Assembly: GCA_964534095.1 (NCBI GenBank)
Contig: CAZHPF010000001.1
Span: forward strand, 1 to 33,702
DNA length: 33,702 nucleotides
Direction: 5' to 3'
Source: an uncultured Candidatus Saccharibacteria bacterium
GTDB taxonomy: Bacteria > Patescibacteriota > Saccharimonadia > Saccharimonadales > CALMSM01
A model generated the notes under the pieces. That model did no database searches. It was not told where the DNA came from and was given only the letters and a program-made list of their open reading frames with translations. Of the stretch, positions 8,365 through 16,252 are shown one piece after another. A program made the translations under genes and the position numbers. Each line of letters opens with the position of its first letter. Position 1 is the first letter of the stretch.

Positions 8365-8960
8365 CCTTCTTGTAACACAGTCTTAATATCTTCGTAGCTA
8401 AAACCTTGGCGGGCTAAGTATTGCATGAACTTGGTGTCATCGGGGTAGCGGGAACGTTTTTTCGCTACCAGCGCACGCAACAGGTCGCGCTCACTGGTTT
8501 GCTCACGGTCTTCTGCCAGCACTTCGTCAATGATAGTAGGGGCTACGCGTTTCACCAGCAGCTCACTACGGAGTTTGCGCTGGCTGACGGGCTTACCAAG
8601 CCGTCGGTTTTCTGCCCACCGCTGGGCAAATCGTTGGTCGTCAATATAACCAAGTTTTTGGCAGCGTGCGATAATATCTTCCATTTGCTCAGGCGAAGCC
8701 TCTTTGCGCCTTAAGTAGTCGTGTACCTCCCATTCGCTACGTGGACGAATACTTAACAAGTTAAGTATTCTATCAAATAGCTTTCCGGTCGCCGAATCTT
8801 CCCTGTATTCAGCTAGCTGCTCGCTGCTTAGCTCTTGCCCGCTATGCAGCCCGCTCGTTACTAGCTGACTTTCATTGAGCGAAAATACATACTTGCCATC
8901 AATATACACACTATAGCGACTATGCCGTTTGACCTGCTGCTTAATTGCCGTTATCTTCAT
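8361..8960 (-). CDS. recX: RecA regulator RecX
   Basis: N-terminus KITAIKQQVKRHSRYSVYIDGKYVFSL, then repeated three-helix modules (WEVHDYLRRKEASPEQMEDIIARCQKLGYIDDQRFA). Lies downstream of recA. Confidence 0.8.
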   Translation of the reverse strand: MKITAIKQQVKRHSRYSVYIDGKYVFSLNESQLVTSGLHSGQELSSEQLAEYREDSATGKLFDRILNLLSIRPRSEWEVHDYLRRKEASPEQMEDIIARCQKLGYIDDQRFAQRWAENRRLGKPVSQRKLRSELLVKRVAPTIIDEVLAEDREQTSERDLLRALVAKKRSRYPDDTKFMQYLARQGFSYEDIKTVLQEG

Positions 8961-9468
8961 GGCTGTAAAACTGGTTTATAACGTCTTCAAGGCCGTCAGC
9001 GATCTGGTCGGGAGTGTTTTTAATCATTTGCTTTATTTCATCAAGCGTCGCCCATTTGACTTCACTAACTTCTTCTGGCTCAAGCGTGAACACAGTCTCC
9101 CGATCCACTACTGCCTTGTAGACCTTATTGAATCTATTGAATATTCTGTCGCCATACACATAGTTACTCTGGTACATACCGATTTCCTTAAGCTTCGATC
9201 TGATACCAATCTCTTCAAACAGTTCGCGTTCGGCAGCTTGCTCATAATTTTCTGCTGCGTCTACATGACCAGATGCCGAATGATCCCAGCAGTTTGGGAA
9301 ACTAGAAACGGTTGAAGCCCGTTTCTGCAGAAGGATGCGCCCCTCTTTATCCTCAACATGAATCCGCACGATTCGATGGTATAAACCTTTGGCCTGAATT
9401 TCTTCCATAGAAGCCTTGCCGATAGGATTATCCTGTTTATCGACGACCAGTATGGGAGGGTACTTCAC
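8941..9468 (-). CDS. NUDIX hydrolase (IDI/YfcD-like subgroup by N-terminal pattern)
   Basis: Nudix box GHVDAAENYEQAAERELFEEIGI. GTG start at 9468, 3 nt after the recA stop. The conserved-looking N-terminus (ILVVDKQDNPIGKASMEEIQAKGLYHR) supports the GTG start. Confidence 0.85.
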   Translation of the reverse strand: MKYPPILVVDKQDNPIGKASMEEIQAKGLYHRIVRIHVEDKEGRILLQKRASTVSSFPNCWDHSASGHVDAAENYEQAAERELFEEIGIRSKLKEIGMYQSNYVYGDRIFNRFNKVYKAVVDRETVFTLEPEEVSEVKWATLDEIKQMIKNTPDQIADGLEDVINQFYSHEDNGN

Positions 9469-9471
9469 GGA

Positions 9472-10503
9472 CTAATCCTCTTTGGTTGCGGATTCGCGAA
9501 CCTTTTTGGCCAGTTCGCCCAAAACTTTGGGGTTTTCGTCGAGGTATTTTTTGGTGGCTTCACGGCCTTGGCCAATTTTTTCGCCGTTGTAGGCATACCA
9601 GGCGCCGGATTTTTCAACAATATCGCGTTCGGCAGCCATATCAAGTACGTCACCAGCTACGCTAATGCCTTGGTTGTACATAATATCAAATTCGGCTTGG
9701 CGAAAAGGTGGCGCAATTTTGTTTTTGACCACTTTAACACGTGTACGGTTACCAACAATCTCATCACCTTGCTTGATCTGGGCAATGCGCCGAATGTCCA
9801 TGCGGACAGAGGCGTAGAATTTGAGCGCGTTACCGCCGGTAGTAGTTTCGGGGTTACCAAACATCACACCAATCTTCATGCGAATCTGGTTAATAAATAT
9901 AACTGTTGTGTTGGATTTCTTTATCACGCCAGTAAGCTTGCGTAGTGCCTGGCTCATCAATCTTGCTTGCAAACCCGGCAAACTATCACCCATATCGCCT
10001 TCGATTTCAGCCCGCGGTACCAGTGCTGCGACCGAGTCGATAACCACCAGGTCAACAGCATTACTTCGTACTAGCGTTTCGGCGATTTCCAACGCTTGCT
10101 CACCGTTATCCGGCTGGCTTAAAAGCAGATTGTCAATATCTACACCAATGCGTTTTGCGTAGGCCGGATCAAGTGCGTGCTCAGCGTCAATGAACGCTGC
10201 CGTACCGCCTAGTTTTTGGATTTCGGCAATTACATGGAGGGTTAGGGTTGTTTTACCGGAGCTTTCAGGCCCATAAATTTCAACCACTCGCCCTTTGGGA
10301 ACACCGCCGCCAAGCGCCAGGTCTAGGCTCAGCGCACCGGTTGGCGTGGTCTCTACGTCATTATCAGTACGTTCGCCGAGCTTCATGATTGAGCCTTTAC
10401 CAAACTGCTTTTCAATTGACTCAAGCGCCAGGCCTAAGGCTTTTGCTTTGCCTGATGTTTGAGCGTCGTCAGTAGTTACTTTCGCCGCTTTATCTTTCGC
10501 CAT
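9472..10503 (-). CDS. recA: Recombinase RecA
   Basis: Walker [10 protein letters not shown], then [49 protein letters not shown]. Collinear with RecA over its full length. Confidence 0.97.
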   Translation of the reverse strand: MAKDKAAKVTTDDAQTSGKAKALGLALESIEKQFGKGSIMKLGERTDNDVETTPTGALSLDLALGGGVPKGRVVEIYGPESSGKTTLTLHVIAEIQKLGGTAAFIDAEHALDPAYAKRIGVDIDNLLLSQPDNGEQALEIAETLVRSNAVDLVVIDSVAALVPRAEIEGDMGDSLPGLQARLMSQALRKLTGVIKKSNTTVIFINQIRMKIGVMFGNPETTTGGNALKFYASVRMDIRRIAQIKQGDEIVGNRTRVKVVKNKIAPPFRQAEFDIMYNQGISVAGDVLDMAAERDIVEKSGAWYAYNGEKIGQGREATKKYLDENPKVLGELAKKVRESATKED

Positions 10504-10537
10504 TTCCCCTCCGGTTTAAGTCTTGTTATGTTACTTG

Positions 10538-10546
10538 ATTATACCA
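10538..10546 (-). promoter_or_regulatory. Extended -10 element (TGgTATAAT) upstream of recA
   Basis: The minus strand reads TGGTATAAT. It lies 34 nt upstream of the recA ATG, and GGAGGGG (rc of 10508-10514) is the SD. No good -35 hexamer at 17 nt. Confidence 0.45.
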
Positions 10547-10592
10547 GATATGGCCGGTTATGGCCTAACAAGAAGGTACTCACAACTCGTAA

Positions 10593-10621
10593 TTGACAAA
10601 TACAAAAAAGCTTTATATAAT
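10593..10621 (+). promoter_or_regulatory. Perfect-consensus sigma70 promoter
   Basis: TTGACA (10593-10598), an exactly 17-nt spacer, TATAAT (10616-10621). SD GGGAG (10636-10640) lies 7 nt before the ATG at 10648. Confidence 0.7.
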
Positions 10622-10647
10622 ACCCTTGATTTAAAGGGAGTTCTGCC

Positions 10648-11601
10648 ATGAACACACGTTTATTGCGCACCGTAGCATACACTCTCTCTGTATGCATCTT
10701 TCTGTTCACTATATCTTTTAACATTATCAATCCTGCCTCGCTCCAAGCCGCGGGTGTTGATTACGCCCTGCATCCTTACACCGAACGAGTTATGGATCGC
10801 ACATACGTCACTTTATTTAATCGTCACGTAGACGTGGGCGCACATGACTACTGGTATCCGCGACTTGTCGAACAAGCTAGCGCCAAATGGTTTGCCCAAG
10901 CGGTCATGAACAGCAACGAGTACCGTAATGGGTTAGGCAAGAAAAATGACACTGACTTTATAAATACCGTCTATACACGCGCTGCTAAGCGTAAGGCAAC
11001 GAATGCTGAGCAAACAATATGGAAGGCTGCTTTTAAGAATAGATCGCAAAGTCGCGCTAGCATGGTGGGTTGGGCTAGCGAAAATCTGTATACCTATAAA
11101 CTCACCCTCCCCAAAGCAACTCAAGGCTGCCAGCAATATAATAAAGGAGGCGCCCTACGTCCATTATGCGATAAGGGTTCTGCGGGTCATCAACGAAATG
11201 TGTCAATTGTCAGGATACCTGACACAAATATATACGTAAATCGTGTGTGGTACTACGAGGTTGATACTTTTATAAAGCTAGCTAAAAGCAAAGGCTACAC
11301 ATTGTCAGCTTCCCGCGAGCCTGACACACCTTCTTGGATGTTTTCGCCAGGTAGTTGGCGAAGCTGGGACGAACAAAATTGGCTCTACAACCACGGTTAT
11401 CCTGCAAACCCTCCAGGCAAATCAATGCATGAATGGGGACTAGCTATTGACTTCAACTGCAACAATAAGCATATTCAAGATTACCGCGCATGCTGGGACT
11501 GGGTGCGTGCCAATGGCGGCAAATACAATGTCCGCAACTTTCATACCGTGAGCCAACCATATCATTCCGAAGCATGGCATTTTTCTCCGAACGGTCTTTA
11601 G
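10648..11601 (+). CDS. Secreted DUF4214-type repeat + M15B/VanY-like (LAS) zinc D,D- or L,D-peptidase
   Basis: Signal peptide (TLSVCIFLFTISFNIINPASLQAA). DUF4214-like segments follow (YVTLFNRHVDVGAHDYWYPRL; FINTVYTRAAKRKATNAEQTIW). The C-terminal half has GSWRSWDEQNWLY, PGKSMHEWGLAIDF (H-x6-D) and SEAWHF (ExxH). Confidence 0.75.
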   Translation: MNTRLLRTVAYTLSVCIFLFTISFNIINPASLQAAGVDYALHPYTERVMDRTYVTLFNRHVDVGAHDYWYPRLVEQASAKWFAQAVMNSNEYRNGLGKKNDTDFINTVYTRAAKRKATNAEQTIWKAAFKNRSQSRASMVGWASENLYTYKLTLPKATQGCQQYNKGGALRPLCDKGSAGHQRNVSIVRIPDTNIYVNRVWYYEVDTFIKLAKSKGYTLSASREPDTPSWMFSPGSWRSWDEQNWLYNHGYPANPPGKSMHEWGLAIDFNCNNKHIQDYRACWDWVRANGGKYNVRNFHTVSQPYHSEAWHFSPNGL

Positions 11602-11678
11602 CTTTTTGACTCGTCACGCTTTCTAAGACCCTTTGCGTAGGAAATAAAAGACACCCATGTTTACAGAGAGTACGGAGA

Positions 11679-11707
11679 TTGCAAAAAAGTAATTTTTATG
11701 CTATTGT
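11679..11707 (+). promoter_or_regulatory. Candidate promoter for the 11726 gene
   Basis: TTGCAA (11679-11684), a 17-nt spacer, TATTGT (11702-11707). SD GGAGA (11716-11720) lies 5 nt before the ATG at 11726. Confidence 0.35.
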
Positions 11708-11725
11708 GTATAATTGGAGATTCCC

Positions 11726-12640
11726 ATGCCTGCACTACCCGGAGAAACCCCTGGCACGTTATCCCGCCGCCGCTTTATCGCCGACGCTGTAATAGTATTA
11801 GGTGGTGGCGCTTTGTTAGGAGTTGGCTCTTTATTACTTGACGATAGAGGCTTGCCTTCTGAACCGTCTTCTCCCTCCGCCCCTTCTCTGCCGGAATCAA
11901 TCAGCATCCCTGATGCAACGCCTTTGTCGACATCCACGACAGTGCCTATAGATCCTTCTCCTACCAGCGAAGTGGAGATACTCCCTGTGCCTGAGTTTCC
12001 AGATTTGACGAAGTTTGAGACAGGCGAATTCCTGGGCACTGCCACCATTCGTTATGTGGATACTCCTGAGCGTCCCGCCACTGAAATAGACGCTTATTAT
12101 GAACGTAAGGGATTAGCCAAGCCTCCTATGAACAATCCTTTTGTACACCAGCTTATTGCCGGTGGCGCAGAAGGTTCAGACGCTATTACCGATGAGATGT
12201 TGGCTCACGGCGTGGTAGCACATAAAATTAACGGGGCGGTTACTATCTTGGCAATGCATAATGTAACGCCGGTCGATGCGCCTGTGGCAATTGACGGTAC
12301 TACGCATAACCAAACGCAAATGGGTATCAATGCCGTGGTTGTACCTGGCGATGTATTAACACTGGTGTTGCCTGATCAAAGTGGCCTGTTGGCTAGTTTT
12401 TCATATAAAGCAGTGCGGAGTTGGATAATCGACACGCACGATGCGACCGCCAGCGAAGCAATCTTGCACGATAGTGAACCTTTTGGTACACAGAAAGTGC
12501 GAACCTATAAATGCTGGGAACCGGGCGATGACCGATACCGACTTGTTGATGAGTGGGTATGGATTAGTGCCGAGGTGTCTACAGCCGAAATTGCCCAAGG
12601 TAATGATGGTGACGTAGGCTCGGTTGGCCCAAATCTCTAG
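11726..12640 (+). CDS. Secreted hypothetical protein with a twin-arginine-type signal and a Pro/Ser-rich linker
   Basis: ATG at 11726 has an SD, whereas the track start at 11714 is TTG. The signal reads TLSRRRFIADAVIVLGGGALLGVG. A P/S/T-rich linker follows (PSEPSSPSAPSLPESISIPDATPLSTSTT). The globular C-terminal domain contains a single Cys (VRTYKCWEP). Confidence 0.7.
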   Translation: MPALPGETPGTLSRRRFIADAVIVLGGGALLGVGSLLLDDRGLPSEPSSPSAPSLPESISIPDATPLSTSTTVPIDPSPTSEVEILPVPEFPDLTKFETGEFLGTATIRYVDTPERPATEIDAYYERKGLAKPPMNNPFVHQLIAGGAEGSDAITDEMLAHGVVAHKINGAVTILAMHNVTPVDAPVAIDGTTHNQTQMGINAVVVPGDVLTLVLPDQSGLLASFSYKAVRSWIIDTHDATASEAILHDSEPFGTQKVRTYKCWEPGDDRYRLVDEWVWISAEVSTAEIAQGNDGDVGSVGPNL

Positions 12641-12658
12641 TGCACGCGAATAATTAAA

Positions 12659-12684
12659 ACACCTCCGCTTTTGCACGGAGGTGT
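12659..12684. terminator. Bidirectional intrinsic terminator between convergent genes
   Basis: Perfect 9-bp stem ACACCTCCG (12659-12667) / CGGAGGTGT (12676-12684) with an 8-nt loop. An A-rich run lies on the left, giving GUUUUAAUUAUU after the hairpin on minus-strand RNA. A T-rich stretch (tgtttgtttt) lies a few nt to the right. Confidence 0.7.
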
Positions 12685-12705
12685 CTACACTGTTTGTTTT
12701 ACGGG

Positions 12706-13311
12706 TTAAGCAGTGTGGCCGAACTGAAACCCGTCGCCATTTTGTGGCACAGGCTGTGGCCGAACCGGTACAGCGGGTGGAGCCACGGGCACTGACGGTG
12801 TAACAGGCTCTACGATATCTACTGGGGGAAGTTGTGGTTCCGTTGGTACATATGGGGCCGTGCTGGTGGTACTGGTGGTTGTAGTAGTCGGTTCCTCTAC
12901 GGTCGTAGGGGGTACTTCGGTGGTTGTTGTAGTAGTTGTAGTTGTACCATCTTCGCAGTCAAGTACTACTTGTTGGCTACCAATTTCACTTCCACCGCCA
13001 TCAAGCTGCGTAACTGTTACCGCTACATCTTCTAGTGCAGGGTCGGTTCCGAGCTCAAAGGTAAATCCTGGTTGGTGTCCTACTCTTGCTTGGTTTGTGG
13101 CGTCTTCCGTGTAACCACTGCCATCTCCGAAAGGCCCGACAGCAACATCGATGTTATAGCCGCCCTCACAATTTACACTAGCTACGGCGTCATTCATGGC
13201 TGCCGCTGCGGGGGCTGTGTCACCCACTACTAACCCACCAGCCGAAGCAGCAACCGTGGCTACGGCTAAAAGCGCCCTTGTTCTCAGTGATGGATCTCTG
13301 TCACTTAACAT
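12706..13311 (-). CDS. Secreted hypothetical protein: small two-Cys beta domain + poly-Thr/Pro-rich tail
   Basis: ATG at 13311 is preferred. The track start at 13329 is GTG and actually lies within the SD (GGAGGGGAG, 7 nt before the ATG). It has a signal-like RTRALLAVATVAASAGG and two Cys (VNCEGG, LDCEDG). The tail reads TTTTTTTTTEVPPTTVEEPTTTTTSTTST followed by PxxP repeats. No LPXTG motif and no TM anchor. Confidence 0.7.
   Translation of the reverse strand: MLSDRDPSLRTRALLAVATVAASAGGLVVGDTAPAAAAMNDAVASVNCEGGYNIDVAVGPFGDGSGYTEDATNQARVGHQPGFTFELGTDPALEDVAVTVTQLDGGGSEIGSQQVVLDCEDGTTTTTTTTTEVPPTTVEEPTTTTTSTTSTAPYVPTEPQLPPVDIVEPVTPSVPVAPPAVPVRPQPVPQNGDGFQFGHTA
12742..12945 (-). repeat. Low-complexity (ACN)n / (CCN)n coding tract (poly-Thr and Pro-rich linker)
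   Basis: Residues 123-190 of the 201-aa protein. The + strand shows runs such as ggttgttgtagtagttgtagttgt. Confidence 0.8.
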
Positions 13312-13433
13312 TATATAACTCCCCTCCACCCGTTAGTTATATTCACACTTCTAAGTATCAACAATTAGTAAAACTTGTCAAGGTGGTTCTAGCTATCGCG
13401 TTTTTGTCATGCTACAATTACAACATAAGCATT

Positions 13434-13973
13434 ATGAAAAAACGTGTCAGTGAATCGTCGAGTAACGTTGTAGTCGGTAAGGCGTCAAGTCGTCATCGTT
13501 TGCACAAGTTTTTAATTGTTTTCGCTGTACTACTGCTTTTTGCGGCAGGAGGATATGCTTACTGGAGACGTAATAATAATCATAAAGATACGACGCAAGC
13601 ATCTTTAACAAACCCGGCTGTGGTATGCAAAGAAGATAGATTAAAAGAAGCCGGTGCTGCTCTTACGAACAATAATCTCGGCGATCTCCAAAAAGCTACA
13701 CAAGAGATACAAAAATTAGAGGGTTATGCGTCAGATCCTAATTGTTTATATATCACTCTGACGGTATTTATACGGCAAAGTGATGCCGTAAATGCCCGAA
13801 CGGAGCTTAACAAATTATTAGCAGTTGATACGGCTGATTTTAGATATAACGAACACCTTGGCTCAGATAAGACACCGCTAGTAAGCCAACAGTCCTTCCA
13901 AGAAACCGTTGAGTTTCTTGAACAATCTCAAAATGAACCAGCCGAAAATGTTCGAAATATAGAGGGAGTGTAG
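13434..13973 (+). CDS. Single-pass membrane protein with a helical (TPR-like?) ectodomain, first gene of the pilus-side block
   Basis: ATG at 13434 (MKKRVSESSS) is preferred, since the track start at 13278 overlaps the divergent gene. TM helix FLIVFAVLLLFAAGGYAYW. TGcTACAAT (13410-13418) lies 15 nt upstream. Confidence 0.65.
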   Translation: MKKRVSESSSNVVVGKASSRHRLHKFLIVFAVLLLFAAGGYAYWRRNNNHKDTTQASLTNPAVVCKEDRLKEAGAALTNNNLGDLQKATQEIQKLEGYASDPNCLYITLTVFIRQSDAVNARTELNKLLAVDTADFRYNEHLGSDKTPLVSQQSFQETVEFLEQSQNEPAENVRNIEGV

Positions 13974-13978
13974 CGGTT

Positions 13979-16171
13979 ATGCGACTGACGGTATCTCACC
14001 CTATACGAGTAGCAACCTTATCTATACTGCTGTGCATTGGCATAATGTCACTACGGACAGGTAGCGCTAGCGCTGGAGCCATTGCCAACGATGTCAGTTC
14101 GGTTGCCCCTACGGCCGTAGCCAATGAAATTGAGAATCGATGCGTTAATTATGGGTGGAACGTAGTCCAACTTTCATGGGTATCGCCTCAAGGTGAACCA
14201 CGAACCACTACTGCTACGGTTAACGCAGGAGCTACCTCTGTAGCTTTACAATTAAATTACGTTAGTTATCGCTGCAAAGCTAATTCGCCGGCAAATTACT
14301 ACACAGTGACAGGACACTCCAAAATTACTGGCACCAGCCCTAGCATCGCAGCCCTCAATGGTAACGTAAGTGACATTCCTTACGTAAGTATTTCTACTAC
14401 AGGGAAACGTTCGGGAGTCGTAAAAACCTTTAATTATTCCCGACCCGGTGGCTTCAATAGCAGCATGAACATTAGCATTACCACCTATTCGCGAGGTGTG
14501 TTGACACAGGCCAATCCGACACGATATAAATGCGCCCTGGTTAATGTCTCTAACCCTAACACTACCGGACCTTATAATTTTGATCCATGCGAACAATCTA
14601 CCTCTGTGTTTACCATACGAGTAAATGTTAATAATAATAAGCCGACAATTGCGTTTGATGCGACCTGCTCGCGAATCGCTTATTACGTTGGAGACGCCGA
14701 CGATGACCTTTACGATGTGCGCATCATTATTGATGGTGAAGATAAACACGTTGAACAAGATCAGGCACCGAATGAACGCTTTGAGTCTAGCTTAACGCAA
14801 TATAAGGATTTTGGAGCTCATCAGATTAGTATTCGCGTGAGAAGTGACGGAGGACATGTTATTACCACAGGCGAGAAAGACATAGTAGGCTCTCCGTGCG
14901 CCACACCATCCTGTGAAGGCGTAACACTCCAGCCAAGTTCAGCGGCGGCCGGGCAATCGTTTGAAGTGAGGGCTACCTTTGATGCGAATATTGGAGCAGA
15001 GGGTAACGGCACACTATATAATGCCGTACTTAATTTGAGCGGGCCAGGAGCGATTACTGTCACTCCTACGAGTGGCGGACCCGGGAACTGGATAATAGAC
15101 GTTCCGCTTAGGTTAGTTGGTGGTGGTATTGGGCCTGGGGGAGGCGGCAACAGCGAGACAGCCATATGGACAGTGCAGTCAAATACAGCAGGCAATTATA
15201 CAGGGAATGTTGTGGTAACCGGTGGATTTAATTTAACCTGCCCAGTCGGTACCGTCGAGGTCGCCAACCATCCTTACCTGCGGGTGTGGCGAGGTGATGT
15301 GGTGGCTGGGTGTACACCGCCAAGTGTGAGTCCTTGGTACCCTACTAATACCGCAGGATCCGGCAAGATACAGGCATGGAACAATGATGCAGTGGGCGCT
15401 GGTGCCGGTACTGATGTGGCGGCGCAGGCCTTGGGAGTAATTGACGGATTTAGCAGTGGCCAGCGAAGTACGATGACAGTAGATGACTACCTAACCTTTG
15501 CCAATACCGGGTCTGGATGGGGTGGTAGTTTCGGAAGCGGACTCTGCGCCTCCGATTACTACAGTGGCGCACCAGCAACGAGTGGCAGTATTTCCTCGGC
15601 TAATCTTTCTAGCTTGGCTTCTGGTACATATTCTTACACTGGAGGGACGATAAGCGGGGCAACTATTGGAGCCGGGAAACACCTTACTATCTACGTAAAT
15701 GGAAACCTCACGATTACCAATGATATCACCTTCGGCAGTACAACAAATTGGTCAAGCGTTACCCAGATACCATCTTTAAAACTTATCGTCAGAGGTGATA
15801 TTAACATAAGTAATCCTGTGAATAACCTTAGCGGCACCTATATTGCTCAGCCTAGTGGCACTACCACGGGCGGTACTATATACACATGCACGAATGGTGC
15901 CACCCCGTACTCGGACACTGTTTCTAGCCGAACCGCTCTCATTAATAACTGCACTGACACCCTAACGGTATATGGATCTTTCGTAGCGCGCACTGTACGG
16001 TTCTTGCGTCTGAGCGGAAATGTCATTACGGCTAATAAGGCTGACGCAGTTGCTCAAGGTACAGCTGCTGAGAAGTTTATTTATAGTCCAGAGATCTGGC
16101 TTTCTGAAAGTGGCTCTAACGGTACCGCTGATGTATATGACTCTATTACTTCTCTGCCGCCAATTTTCTAA
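13979..16171 (+). CDS. Large (730 aa) secreted Cys-containing beta-rich protein, candidate pilus-associated adhesin
   Basis: SD GGGAG lies 10 nt upstream, 5 nt after the preceding stop. Signal peptide VATLSILLCIGIMSLRTGSASAGA. The protein is rich in N, T, S and G, with a Gly run (GGGIGPGGGGN). The C-terminal third has beta-helix-like short repeats (LTIYVNGNLTITNDITF, LKLIVRGDINISNPVNNLSGTYIA, LTVYGSFVARTV). I recognise no family. Confidence 0.75.
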   Translation: MRLTVSHPIRVATLSILLCIGIMSLRTGSASAGAIANDVSSVAPTAVANEIENRCVNYGWNVVQLSWVSPQGEPRTTTATVNAGATSVALQLNYVSYRCKANSPANYYTVTGHSKITGTSPSIAALNGNVSDIPYVSISTTGKRSGVVKTFNYSRPGGFNSSMNISITTYSRGVLTQANPTRYKCALVNVSNPNTTGPYNFDPCEQSTSVFTIRVNVNNNKPTIAFDATCSRIAYYVGDADDDLYDVRIIIDGEDKHVEQDQAPNERFESSLTQYKDFGAHQISIRVRSDGGHVITTGEKDIVGSPCATPSCEGVTLQPSSAAAGQSFEVRATFDANIGAEGNGTLYNAVLNLSGPGAITVTPTSGGPGNWIIDVPLRLVGGGIGPGGGGNSETAIWTVQSNTAGNYTGNVVVTGGFNLTCPVGTVEVANHPYLRVWRGDVVAGCTPPSVSPWYPTNTAGSGKIQAWNNDAVGAGAGTDVAAQALGVIDGFSSGQRSTMTVDDYLTFANTGSGWGGSFGSGLCASDYYSGAPATSGSISSANLSSLASGTYSYTGGTISGATIGAGKHLTIYVNGNLTITNDITFGSTTNWSSVTQIPSLKLIVRGDINISNPVNNLSGTYIAQPSGTTTGGTIYTCTNGATPYSDTVSSRTALINNCTDTLTVYGSFVARTVRFLRLSGNVITANKADAVAQGTAAEKFIYSPEIWLSESGSNGTADVYDSITSLPPIF

Positions 16172-16252
16172 CGTACTGTAATTATTGAGGTAAGGATCCG
16201 ATGAGCGGTAATAACTACCAAAAGGCTTATGTTTATTCTATACTAGGAGCAA

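Noticed and set aside
9568-9945. Long antisense or alternative-frame ORFs inside well-supported genes. Examples are 9568-9945 and 9821-10162 opposite recA, 16370-17808 opposite pilB, 18173-19113 opposite pilC, 26244-26728 opposite the SPFH gene, and 14252-15195 opposite the 730-aa gene.
   Set aside because: They lie fully within genes whose products have unmistakable family motifs. Their own translations are low-complexity or motif-free, and they lack SD or promoter context. They are typical shadow ORFs.
12860-13114. + strand ORF encoding MLVVLVVVVVGSSTVVGG...
   Set aside because: It is the reverse-complement reading of the poly-Thr/Pro coding tract, so it is a compositional artefact.
13375-13418. 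Divergent promoter candidates between 13311 and 13434: TTGACA on the minus strand (rc of 13376-13381) and TGcTACAAT on the plus strand (13410-13418).
   Set aside because: The minus-strand -35 has no acceptable -10 at 16-18 nt. The plus-strand extended -10 is plausible and is mentioned under the 13434 gene, but it lacks a -35. Neither is strong enough to list as a separate feature.
13979-16171. Two RGD tripeptides (VWRGDVVAG, IVRGDINIS) in the 730-aa secreted protein, as possible integrin-type adhesion motifs.
   Set aside because: A tripeptide is expected by chance in a 730-aa protein. There is no supporting context, and the likely partner is another bacterium rather than an animal cell.
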